Positions 48,662 to 60,900 of a stretch of 64,000 nt of DNA are shown here, in pieces. The position numbers were made by a program, and so were the translations under genes. Position 1 is the first letter of the stretch. Every line of letters begins with the position of its first letter. Origin of the DNA: Squalus acanthias (Eukaryota); the NCBI GenBank assembly GCA_030390025.1, contig CM059433.1, positions 1,984,001-2,048,000 on the forward strand. The letters are read 5' to 3'. Below the pieces are notes generated by a model, which worked only from the letters and a program-made list of their open reading frames with translations, was not told where the DNA came from and ran no database searches.

Positions 48662-49628
48662 GATTTTTTTGATATAAATGACCTGGATATTGGAATACAG
48701 AGTAGATTTTCTAAATTTGCCGATGACACCAAACTTGGGGGTCTGGGAAACAGTGAGGATGATACCAATCGACTGCAACAGGACATAGAAAGGCTAGCAG
48801 AATGGGCAGACAAGTGGCAGATGGAATCTAATACAAAGAAGTGTGAGGTGATGCATTTTGGCAGAAGGAACAGGGAGAGGCAATATACACTTAATGGCAC
48901 AGTTTTAAAGAGTGTGCAGGGACAGAGGGACCTGGGAGTTAATGTGTATAGGTCCCTGAAGGTAGCAGGACATATTGAGAGAGTGGTTAGCAAAGCATAT
49001 GGGATCTTGGGCTTCATAAATAGAGGTATTGAGTACAAAAGTAGAGAAGTTATGCTGAACCTTTATAAAGCGCTGGTTAGGCCACAACTGGAGTATTGCA
49101 TCCAGTTCTGGTCACCGCACTTTAGGAAGGATGTGAAGGCCCTTGAGAGGATGCAGAGGAGATTTACCAGAATGGTTCCGGGGATGGGGGATCTTAGCTA
49201 CAAGGACAGGTTGGAGAAGCTGGATTTGTTTTCATTAGAGCAAAGGAGGTTGAGGGGTGATTTGATAGAGGTGTACAAGATTATGACGGGTTTGGATAGG
49301 CTAGACGGGGAAAGGCTGTTCCCACTAGTTGATGGTACAAGGACTAGGGGACACAGATTTAAGGTTTTGGGCAAGAGATACAGGGGGAACGTGAGGAAAA
49401 ACTTTTTTATGCAGCGAGTGGTGAGGACCTGGAACTTGCTGTCGACGGAAGTGGTGGAAGCGGAGACACTCAATGTTTTCAAGGGGAGACTGGATAGGAA
49501 CTTGACGGAAATAAACTTGCAGGGCTACGGGGATAGAGCGGGGGGATGGGACTGACTCGATTGCTCTACAGAGAGCCTGCACGGACTCGATGGGCCAAAT
49601 GGCCTCCTTCTGTGCCGTTATGACTCTG
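48662..49628 (+). mobile_element. CR1 ORF2 3' segment and 3'UTR
   Basis: INDLDIGIQSRFSKFADDTKLGG...YGDRAGGWD*, with tail TGTGCCGTTATGACTCTG. Confidence 0.93.
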
Positions 49629-49900
49629 ACCATCCAGGACAAAGCAAGCCCGCTTGATTGACACCCCATCCACCACTTTAAATATTCACTCCCTCCAACA
49701 CCGGTGCATCTCGCCAAGGCTTCTTTGACAGCACCTCCCAAACCCGTGACCTCTTCCACCTAGAAGGACAAGGGCAGAGCAAGCACATGGGAACACCATC
49801 ACCTTCAAGTTCCCCTCCAAGTTACACACCATCCTGACTTGGAAATATATCACCATTCCTTCATCGTCGCTGGGCCAAAATCCTGGAACTCCCTTCCTAA

Positions 49901-51372
49901 CATAGAAACATAGAAGATAGGAGCAGGAGTAGGCCATTCGGCCCCTCGAGCCTGCTCCGCCATTCGATGAGATCATGGCTGATCATCCAAACTCAGTACC
50001 CTGTACCTGCCTTCTCCCCATATCCCTTGATACCTTTAGCTTTAAGAAATATATCTAACTCATTCTTGAATATATTTAATGACTTGGCCTCAACTACCTT
50101 CTGTGGTAGAGAATTCCACAGGTTCACCACTCTCTGGGTGAAGAAATTCTTCCTCATTTCTGTCCTAAATGGCTTACCCGTTATCCTTAGATTATGACCC
50201 CTGGTTCTGGACTCTCCGACCATCGGGAACATTCTTCCTGCATCTAGTTTGTCCAGACCTGTCAGAATTTTATATGTTTCGATGAGATCCCCTCTCATTC
50301 TTCTATACTCCAGCGAGTATAAGCCCAATCGACCCAATCTCTCCTCATATGTCATTCCTGCCATCCCAGGTATCAGCCTTGTGAATCTTCGCTGAACTCC
50401 TTCCATGGCAAGAACATCCTTCCTCAGATAAGGCGACCAAAACTGCACACAGTACTCAAGGTGTGGTCTCACCAAGGCTCTGTGCAACTGCAGCAGGACA
50501 TCCCTGTTCCTATACTCAAACCCTTTTGCTATGAAGGCCAACATACCATTTGCCTTCTTCACCGCCTGCTGTACCTGCATGCTTACTTTCAGCGACTGGT
50601 GCACAAAGACACCCAGGTCTCGTTGCACTTCCCCTTCTCCCAATCTATTGCCATTCAGATAATAGTCTGCCTTTCTGTTTTTGACACCAAAGTGGATAAT
50701 CTCGCACTTATCCACGTTATATTGCATCTGCCACGCTTCTGCCCACTCACCCAACCTGTCCAAATCATCCTGGAGTTTCTCGGTATCCTCCTCACAGCAC
50801 ACACTCCCACCCAGCTTTGTGTCATCTGCAAACTTGGAGATATTACATTTAATTCCCTTATCCAGATCATTAATGTATATTGTGAATAGCTGGGGTCCAA
50901 GGACCGATCCCTGCGGTACCCCACTAGTCACTGCTTGCCACTCGGAAAAAGACCCATTAACTCATACTCTCTGCTTTCTGTCCGCCAACCAGTTCTCTAT
51001 CCAAGTCAATACCTTGCCCCCAATCCCATGTGCCTTAACTTTACACACTAATCTCTTATGCGGGACCTTATCGAAAGCCTTTTGTAAGTCCAAATACACC
51101 ACATCTACTGGTTCTCCCTTATCTATTTTCCCAGTTACATCCTCAAAAAATTCCAGTAGATTAGTCAAGCACGATTTACCTTTTGTAAATCCATGTTGAC
51201 TTTGTCCGATCCTGTCACTGTTTTTCAAGTGCTCAGCTATTACATCCTTTATAATGGACTCTAGCATTTTCCCCACTACCGATGTCAGGCTTACCTGTCT
51301 GTAATTCCCCGCTTTCTCTCTACCACCCTTTTTGAATAGTGGGGTAACATTAGCTACCCTCCAATCCATGGG
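49901..51372 (-). mobile_element. Young CR1, 5'-truncated, nested in LINE family B
   Basis: RT ORF pieces nearly identical to the 57945 element. TSD TAACA at 49898-49902 and 51373-51377. Confidence 0.95.
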
Positions 51373-51523
51373 TAACAGCACTGTGGGAGTATCTTCACTA
51401 CAAGGGCCGCAGCGGTTTAAGGCGGTGGCTCACCACCACCTTCTAGAGGGCAATTAGGGAGTCGGCAATAAATGCTGGCCTTGTAAGCAACGCCCATATC
51501 CCATAAAAAACAAATTAAAAAAC

Positions 51524-53412
51524 CTCACCTCTGGGGACTGGTGTCAAGTTTGTGAGACCAGTCCCACAGACTAGTAAAGCAACACCCTGATATAGTCATA
51601 CTCACAGAATCTTGATTTAGTAACAGAGAGGGTTGATGAGGGCAATGCGTTTGATGATGTGCACATGGACTTCTAAAACGCGTTTGATAAAGTGCCACAT
51701 AATAGGCTTGCCAGCAAAGTTGAAGCCCATTGAATAAAAGGGACAGTGGCAGCATGGATACGAAATTGGCTAAGTGACAGGAAACAGAGTAGTGGTGAAC
51801 GGTTGTTTTTCGGACTGGAGGAAGGTATACAGTGGTGTTCCCCAGGGGTCGGTTCTAGGACCACTGCTTTTCTTGATATAGATTACTGACTTGGACTTGG
51901 GTGTACAGGGCACAATTTCAAAATTTGCAGATGAGACAAAACTTGGAAGTATAGTGAACAGTGAGGAGGATAGTGATAGACTCCAAGAGGACATAGACAG
52001 GCTGGTGGAATGTCCGGACACGAGGCAGATGAAATTTAATGCAGAAAATGCGATGTGATGCATTTTGGTAGGAAGAACGAGGAGAGGCAATATAAACTAA
52101 AGGGTACAATCCTAAAGGGGCTGCATGAACAGAGAGACCTGGGGGTATCTGTGCACAAATCATTGAAGGTGGCAGGGCAGGTTGAGAAAGCGGTTAAAAA
52201 AGCATACGGGATCCTGGGCTTCATTAAATAGAGGCAGAGAGTACAAAAGCAAGGAAGTTATGATGAGCCTTTATTAAACACTGGTCTGACCTCAACTGGA
52301 GTATTGTGTCCAATTCTGGGCACCGCACTTTAGGAAGGATGTGAAGGCCTTAGAGAGGGTGCAGAAAAGATTTACGAGAATGATTCCAGGGATGAGGGAC
52401 TTGAGTTATGTGGATAGACTGGAGAAGCTGGGTTTGTTCTCCTTAGAGCAGAGAAGGTTGAGAGGAGATTTGATAGAGGTGTTCAAAATCATGAGGGGGC
52501 TAGACAGAGTAGATAGAGAGAAACTGTTCCCATTGGCGGAAGGGTCAAGAACCAGAGGACACAGATTTAAGGTGATTGGCAGAAGAACCAAAGGCGACAT
52601 GAGGAAAACCTTTTTACGCAGCGAGTGGTTAGGATCTGGAATGCACTGCCTGAAACTGTGGTGGAGGCAGACTCAATCGTGGCTTTCAAAAGGGAATTAG
52701 ATGAGTACCTGAAGAGAGAAAATTTGCAGGGCTATGGGGAAAAAGGCGGGGGAGTGGGACTAGCTGAAGTGCTCTTGCAGAGAGCCGGCATGGGCTCGAC
52801 GGGCCGAATGGCCTCCTTCCGTGCTGTAACCATTCTATGCCTTTCAGCCAATGTCCCAGACAACTCCATCACCATCCCTGTCCCACCTGCAGGACAGACT
52901 AACCAGAGCTGGGGGCACAGTGGTATACAATCGGGGGTGAATTGTCCTGGGAGTCCTCAACATTTATCATGTAACATCTCTTAGCTTCAGGTCAAACATG
53001 GACCAGTATACCTCACGCTGATGTCTACCTACTACAGTCTCTCAGCTGATGAGTCAATACTCTTCTATATTTCACACCATTTGGAAGAAGCACTGAGGTA
53101 GCAAAGGTACAGAATGTGCTCTGGCTGGAAGGACTTCAATGTCCTTCACCAAAAGTGACTCAGAAGTACCACCACTAACCCAAGTGGCTGAGTCCTGAAA
53201 GGCATAGCTACCAGACTGGGCTTGCAGCAGGTGATGAGAGAACCAACACGAGGGAATAACCTGCTTGACCTCGTCTCACCAATCTACCTGTCACAGATGC
53301 GTCTTTCCATGACACCACTGGTAGGAGTGACCCCGCCATAGTCCTTGTGGAGACCAAGTCCCGTCTTCACACTGAGCACACCCTCCATCGTGTTGTGTGG
53401 CACGACCACCAT
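51524..53412 (+). mobile_element. Second LINE family B fragment (APE region), split by a CR1
   Basis: HRLVKQHPDIVILTES at 51563-51611; resumes at 52840 with homology to 44870-45420. Confidence 0.75.
51612..52839 (+). mobile_element. CR1, 5'-truncated and frameshifted
   Basis: [38 protein letters not shown]; tail GTGCTGTAACCATTCTATG. Confidence 0.92.
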
Positions 53413-53414
53413 GT

Positions 53415-53550
53415 TCTACCAGTTCTGTCGATAGGTCACCAAACTGAAACGTTAACTGTTTCTCTCTTCACAGTTGCCTGACCTGCTGAGTATTTCCAGC
53501 ATTTTCTGTTTCTATTTCAGATTTCCAGCATCCGCAGTATTTTGCATTTG
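53415..53550 (+). mobile_element. PLE terminal repeat inverted relative to 43916, with a decayed hammerhead motif
   Basis: AGTTCTGTCGATAGGTCACCAAACTGAAACGTTAACTG...CCAGCATCCGCAGTATTTTGC. Confidence 0.85.
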
Positions 53551-54035
53551 TTTCACTCATATTTGTTTTGTAGACAAATGCAAAATATCTGAAGTGCAGG
53601 ACTTTCAGCCAGTCTATAACAAGCCATAAATAATACTTGGAAAAGTATTTAAATAGAACAGCACAACTTCAATGAACAATGTAAAAGGAAAAAATCGCTG
53701 GCACTGCTCTTCTGAGCTCATGGCAATGTGACTTCCATCTTATGTGTAGCAGTGTTGGTCGTGGATGTGTCTGGCTTTGTAGGCCTTATATGAAGAAAAT
53801 AATGGGAAATAAATGTAGAATAAATCCAACTCTTAACTTTAACAAATCCTGAACAAGTTTTTTTTGCTGAATTACTGTACCTTTGGTGGCTTTATTCAGA
53901 TGCATAATTTTTCAATAAAAAATTGGAAAAATGGATGTGCATTGCATATACGTAATTGCTTTGTCACGCGCGAATTTGGTCGACCAAGGTGGTGTTTGAA
54001 CTGTGTTAGCAACTGTGGCTTTTTCTTTTAAACAG

Positions 54036-54172
54036 GAGAGCAATATCCAGGCTTTGGAGATTCTGTTTACCTACCATGGATCAGATCTGTTGCCTCATCG
54101 GTTGGCCATTCTTTCAAACTTTCCTGAGACGACGACTCCTCATGAGTATTGCTTTCTTCTGCCAGAAGCTAG
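54036..54172 (+). CDS. NBAS: NBAS coding exon 21
   Basis: aaacag|GAGAGC...GCTAG|gtaaga; ESNIQALEILFTYHGSDLLPHRLAILSNFPETTTPHEYCFLLPEA; 137 nt. Confidence 0.98.
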
Positions 54173-54731
54173 GTAAGAGTATCTAACAAATATATAGATA
54201 GTGCAGCTTTATTCCTTTTATAGCAAAGGTTAGTTATCAAAGTACTCTCACATTATGATATTCCATTTTTTAAATTTTAATTGAAATAGACCCGCAAAGC
54301 TGAGTGGTTATGACATGAACCAACTCGGAGGAGGTGACATTGGTGATCTATTGTGACTGTTCATTCATATGTGCTAAAGATTCCAAACTCACGAGTGCCA
54401 CAGGCAGGAGTGAGTGACACAATATTTTAGAATTGAGCAAATGGCTAGAATGTGGGTCTTTTATCATTTTAATAGAAATTGGTGATATTTACGAAAAAGG
54501 AAAATAGATGACTGAACGCTGCTGAGGGACGACACCAATTAAACTCCTGGTATTACCACACTCCGCAGCCTTCGTCAAATGGTCTCAATTTCTGGAACAA
54601 ACTGCTTTTGAACTCTGGCTGCAGTAAAGATATTATCTGCTGCAGTGTAAACTTTTTCAGTGTACCTTTTTAAATTCTGGAAATGAAGAAATAACTTGCA
54701 TCAGCGGGCGTGATTGGTGGTGTGAAGACCA

Positions 54732-56358
54732 GGGCCGGAATGTTGCCGGCGCTCAGCGGACGGGATGGGTGGCGGGTCAGCTGTTAAATTGAAAATGATT
54801 GACAGCGGGTCGTGAACCCGCTGTCAAAACGCGCACACTGGACTTTCCCGACGTCGGGTCTGCCGGCGCTGAGCAGACCCGACAGGCAGCGGCGGGGGAG
54901 GCAATTACAATCATTAATGGCTTGTTTACAGCCACTTACCTGTTTTTTTCCTTGCTTTTTTGATTTGAGAGGTCGCCTCCCGCTGTGCCTAGACCTCATC
55001 TGTGAAGCTGAGGCGGGACGTCGGTGACCATTGAATCAGCTGATAAGTTGACAGCTTCAAGTCAAAGCTCCCAGCTGATTGAGATATGTTCCCTTGACCA
55101 CTAGCTTCCCTAAATTGCATTTCCACTACAGATTCAGGATTCTGAAAGTCTTTACACAAGTCTCCATCCAGTCTGACCTCATTACCTCTCTCACCATTGA
55201 CAGATCGCTTCTGTCATCTGTACTTCACCTGCCATCTATTCCATCAACAACAACAACACCAACCTTCTCCGCAATCACCTGATGCTGCACAGGACAGAGG
55301 GTATCAGCACCCGACCACATTGCTGCCAGGGATGGCCTCACCATGGCCATATTTACTTCACTTGACGCTGTACACCCTGACTGCCACATGATGCGCAGGT
55401 TGGCACCACCCCACACCAACAAAATAAAGCATCCCTACAATGCCCAAGCCATTCCTTTCACACTCATCAGCATCGTGCGGGGTACTGTTCTGTCTCACCA
55501 TTCACTGCAACTCACTAAGCCACTTCCAAAGGTGCACACAAATCTATCCAAGAATGCAAAATGTTGAAAATAAAGATTTCAGTGTTTGACACCACATTAA
55601 CAGAAACTTCACATGAACATTGGCTAAAACACCCAAGTGCCTGTGTTGTTAGTTGGTATGATTGCACTAGGATGAGGGTGAGTGTGAAGGGTTGCTAGTG
55701 AAATGGGAATGTGATAATGTAGATAGAGAGGGATGGGTGGAGGTGCAAGGTAAGTAAGGATGTACAGGAGTAGGGTAGGGAAGGCAGAGTGATGGGGATG
55801 TGATGAGTGGCACAGCAGGATGAGGTTGAGTGTGGCTTTGCAGTAACCTTTCGTGATCTACTGAGATCATTGAAAGGTTTGTGCCACTGCAGCCTGGTCC
55901 TCTGACCACATCCCTGCTTGTGTCCTCCTGTGCAATGTGCAACCAGGCTGCGTTGGTGTCCTGGGGAGGTCTCTTCCGCCTATGGGAAGGGAAGAGAACT
56001 TCTCTGCGTGCTGTGACTCCCTCCATAAGCATATGGAGCGAGCCTGGGTACAGCCCTGCACCTCTGTGCAGTGATTGTCAGTGTTTGCTGCACCTCAATG
56101 CTGTAGAACACTGACAGCACAAATGTCAAATTAAAGTTGGCCATGGTCCCTTTAAGGAAACCGGCTGATGATGTGTCATCAAATGACATCACCAGACCTG
56201 CTTCCTCTAATTGGGCCAGGAAACGCGCTGGGCGGGGCTTAACAAGCCCAATCTTGGGAAATTCATTTCAGAGGCCGGGATGGAGACAGCAGCGGGGTTG
56301 GGACCCGACACCGACATCGCCCACCATGGACCCGCCGAGGTTCGTAAAATTGCGGCCC
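54732..56358 (-). mobile_element. PIF/Harbinger deletion derivative with a Myb/SANT ORF remnant
   Basis: Termini GGGCCGGAATGTT and AAAATTGCGGCCC. Minus strand ~55855-56090 reads LMEGVTARREVLFP...AAWLHIAQEDTSRDVVR and, after a frameshift, QWHKPFNDLSRS. Confidence 0.75.
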
Positions 56359-57944
56359 TTGTGTTTCAGACAGTCATTGTGCAGTCTTTACATAAGCCGT
56401 CCTGAACCTTACCAAAAATTTCACGTTAATGTTGATGGATGAAATACTTTGCGACGCAAACTGTTAAAATGGGAAGTGATTTATCAAGGCCTTGTGTATG
56501 TCAAACACCATACTAAGCTCATGTTTGAGAAATAATATTATTGTACCTGAGTATTTAAGTGTAATTTTCAACATATTTGCAATAAGAGTTTCAGTTTGCA
56601 TTAGTTTAAATCACTGGTTTACATTTTATCACAATACCTAATTTTATTAGTAGAATTTTTCAATAATTCTGTGAAAGGGAAGTCATGTTCTTTGTGAACC
56701 AAGAAAATCGGAACAAGCGTCATACCTAAAAAAAAGATTAGCCAGAGGAATTTTTATTCAATTTCTTGCTTGTGCAGGGTGTTTTTAAATATGCACAGCA
56801 GTTGCCATGGTTTTTGGCCATTTCTCCACATAAAGAATTGGGAGAAAGTTACTTTTAATAGTAGGTTTTTAAAGTAAAGTGCATTGTCAAGTTTTTTTTT
56901 AAAAGGCAGATGTAAGGTGCTTAATATAGTAATAAAAGTTGTTCTCCCCAAACAGTATAAGCAATTTGTTAGCTTGTCTCAGTAATTGAAAAACACCTCA
57001 CATCCATTGTGGTGGAAAGTCTTTGATACCTGTCTGTCTTTAAACAGAGGAAGATAAAAACGCCAAAACCCAAACACAAGCAATGATTCTGGTTTTTGAA
57101 ATAGAATGCTGTGAGGGTTTTTAAAGGAAAAATTTGTTAGAGCTTTCACATCGTCCTAATCTAGAAATGCTGGAGGACAACTGGAAGTCATCTTGCTGAA
57201 GTCAAGTAAGACGGCCCACTGATGTGGGAAGTGTGCCATAATCTTCATTTTGTATTAACACGTGAAGATAAGTTGTACTGATTGAATCAAAATAGTCCAA
57301 TCATAACTGCAGTGCTGTCTGTTCATAATGTGAAATAAAACAGCTTATTGATTTGTACAGAGCCTTGCCTCACCAAGTGTTTGCTAGGTCCGCTTTCAGA
57401 GAGATTGAAGAAGTACAAATGTGAAAGACGTGAATATCTGATTCAGGTCACAAGCGGGTACTATTGTTACAACCCCCAGGTTACACCATCATACCAGTAG
57501 CGGTAGGACAATGAGAGTCAATTCCCATAAAAGTAAGATGCTCAGACTGATTACAGGAGTGGCTGATACCACTGAACCCAAGTAGGTGTCTACAGTAGAC
57601 CAGAATTTTTAATAGCATCTTTAACAGCAGCACAGTGCATGGTAACTACAATTTTTTTTTTTACATATATGTAATATCTTTAAATTCCCTTTGTGAAATA
57701 TCACTGCTAGGGACAATAAAAATAGTTGTCACGATAACATAGACTAGACATATGTCCTACAAATGCAACAAAAGGAACAGCAAACTATATCTGGAGAATT
57801 GTATGATGTGGTAATCTATGTGTTATGTATGCGTTATCACAGTTAAATAGACCCTGGGGGCAGAGACGAAGTAACATAAAAGTCCAGAATTAATAGTGTG
57901 TAGTTGTACTTTGTTACTATATTAAAAAATTAAGCTTCGACACT

Positions 57945-60900
57945 CATAGAAACATAGAAGATAGGAGCAGGAGTAGGCCATTCGGCCCCTCGAGCCTGCT
58001 CCGCCATTTAATGAGATCATGGCTGATCATCCAAACTCAGTACCCTGTCCCTGCCTTCTCCCCATATCCCTTGATACCTTTAGCTTTAAGAAATATATCT
58101 AACTCATTCTTGAATATATTTAATGATTTGGCCTCAACTACCTTCTGTGGTAGAGAATTCCACAGGTTCACCACTCTCTGGGTGAAGAAATTCTTCCTCA
58201 TTTCTGTCCTAAATGGCTTACCCCTTATCCTTAGATTATGGCCCCTGGTTCTGGACTCTCCGACCATCGGGAACATTCTTCCTGCATCTAGTTTGTCCAG
58301 ACCTGTCAGAATTTTATATTTTTCGATGAGATCCCCTCTCATTCTTCTATACTCCAGCGAGTATAAGCCCAATCGACCCAATCTCTCCTCATATGTCATT
58401 CCTGCCATCCCAGGTATCAGCCTTGTGAATCTTCGCTGAACTCCTTCCATGGCAAGAACATCCTTCCTCAGAAAAGGCGACCAAAACTGCACACGGTACT
58501 CAAGGTGTGGTCTCACCAAGGCCCTGTATAACTGCAGCAGGACATCCCTGTTCCTATACTCAAACCCTTTCGCTATGAAAGCCAACATACCATTTGCCTT
58601 CTTCACCGCCTGCTGCACCTGCATGCTTACTTTCAGCGACTGGTGCACAAGGACACCCAGGTCTCGTTGCACTTCCCCTTCTCCCAATCTATTGCCATTC
58701 AGATAATAGTCTGCCTTTCTGTTTTTGACACCAAAGTGGATAACCTCGCATTTATCCACGTTATATTGCATCTGCCACGCTTCTGCCCACTCACCCAACC
58801 TGTCCAAATCATCCTGGAGTTTCTCAGTATCCTCCTCGCAGCACACACGCCCACCCAGCTTTGTGTCATCTGCAAACTTGGAGATATTACATTTAGTTCC
58901 CTTATCCAGATCATTAATGTATATTGTGAATAGCTGGGGTCCAAGGACCGATCCCTGCGGTACCCCACTAGTCACTGCCTGCCACTCGGAAAAAGACCCA
59001 TTAATTCCTATTCTCTGCTTTCTGTCCGCCAACCAGTTCTCTATCCAAGTCAATACCTTGCCCCCAATCCCATGTGCCTTAACTTTACACGCTAATCTCT
59101 TATGCGGGACCTTATCGAAAGCCTTTTGAAAGTCCAAATACACCACATCTACTGGTTCTCCCTTATCTATTTTCCCAGTTACATCCTCAAAAAATTCCAG
59201 TAGATTAGTCAAGCACGATTTACCTTTTGTAAATCCATGTTGACTTTGTCTGATCCTGTCACTGTTTTTCAACTGCTCTGCTATTACATCCTTTATAATG
59301 GACTCTAGCATTTTCCCCACTACCGATGTCAGGCTTACCGGTCTGTAATTCCCCGCTTTCTCTCTACCACCCTTTTTGAATAGTGGGGTAACATTAGCTA
59401 CCCTCCAATCCATGGGTACTGTTCCAGATTCCATCGAATGTTGGAAGATGAGCAGCAATGCATCTACTATTTCTAGGGCCACTTCCTTAAGTACCCTAGG
59501 ATGTAGATTATCAGGCCCTGGGGATTTATCGGCCTTCAATCCCATCAATTTCCCTAACACCATTTCCCTGCAAATACTGATTTCTTTCAGTTCCTCCCTT
59601 TCATCAGACCCTATGTTCTCCAACATCTCTGGGAGGTTATTTGTGTCCTCCTTTGTGAAGACAGAACCAAAATATGCATTTAATTGGTCTGCCATTTCTT
59701 TGTTCCCCATTATAACTTCTCCTGCTTCTGACTGCAAGGGACCTACACTTGATTTCACTAATCTTTTTCTCTTCACATATCTATAAAAGCTCTTACAGTC
59801 AGTTTTTATGTTTCCTGCAAGCTTACTTTCATATTCTATTTTCCCCTTCTTAATTAATCCCTTTGTCCTCCTTTGTTGAATCCTAAACTGCTCCCGATCC
59901 TCAGGGTTACTGCTTTTTCTGGCCAATTTATATGCCCTCTCCTTGGATCTTATGCTATCCCTAATTTCCCTTGTTAGCCACGGTTGAGTCACCCTTTTTG
60001 TTTTATTCTTATGCCACACTGGGATGAACAAATTCTGTAGTTCATCCATGCAGTCTTTGAATGTTTGCCATTGCCTATCCACCGTCAACCCTTTGAGTGA
60101 CATTCCCCAATCAATCCTACCCAATTCGCGCCTCATACCATCGTAGTTACCTTTATTTAAATTCAGGACCCTAGTCTCTGATTCAACTGCTTCACTCTCC
60201 ATCCTAATGAAGAATTCTATCATAAAGGGGCCTCGTACAACAAGATTGCTAATTAATCCTTTCTCGTTACATAATACCCCGTCTAAGATGGCCTGATCTC
60301 TGGTTGGTTCCTCGACATATTGTTCCAGAAAACCATCCAGTAAACACTCTAGGAATTCCTCCTCCACAGTATTTTTACTAATTTGGTTAGCCCAATCTAT
60401 ATGTAAATTAAAGTCACCCATGATGACTGCTGTGCCCTTACTGCATGCTTCTCTAATTTCCCTTTTAATGCCGTCCCCAACCTCCATATTACTGTTTGGA
60501 GGTCTATATATCACTCCCACTAACGTTTTCTGCCCCTTGTTATTTCTCAGTTCTACCCATACAGATTCCACATCATCAGAGCTAATATCCTTCCTTTCAA
60601 TTGTGTTAATCCCCTCTTTAACCAGCAATGCTACCCCACCTCCCTTTCTTTTTTGCCTATCTTTCCTAAATATTGAATACCCCTAGATGTTGAGTTCCCA
60701 GCCTTGGCCACCCTGGAGCCATGTTTCTGTAATCCCAATCAAATCGTATTCATTTACCTCTATTTGCGCAGCTAATTCATCCACCTTGTTCCGAATGCTC
60801 CTTGCATTAAGACACAAAGGGGTAGAAATTAGGTCGCGCCCCATTTGGGGCGCAAATATCGTCCGGACGCAAATATTAGCGCCTGGCGCTAATTATCGGC

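Larger units (their letters stand above)
44519..51522 (+). mobile_element. LINE family B, near full length and degraded, with a tRNA-like 5' head; host to three nested insertions
   Basis: B-box-like GAGTTCAAACC at 44550. APE motifs TYRPPSAD, VGDFNVHH, LLDLVLTN and GSSDHH. RT motifs YRPISL, GVPQGS and FADD. The sequence resumes after each insert and ends in GGCAATAAATGCTGGCC...CCCATAAAAAA. Confidence 0.88.

Noticed and set aside
48560..49555. 331-aa ORF with a novel-looking N-terminus fused to RT
   Set aside because: It is read-through across the inversion junction of CR1 pieces; the N-terminus is antisense ORF1.
57048..57120. Acceptor-like TCTTTAAACAG as a candidate exon 22
   Set aside because: Immediate TAA in the required frame and no NBAS similarity.
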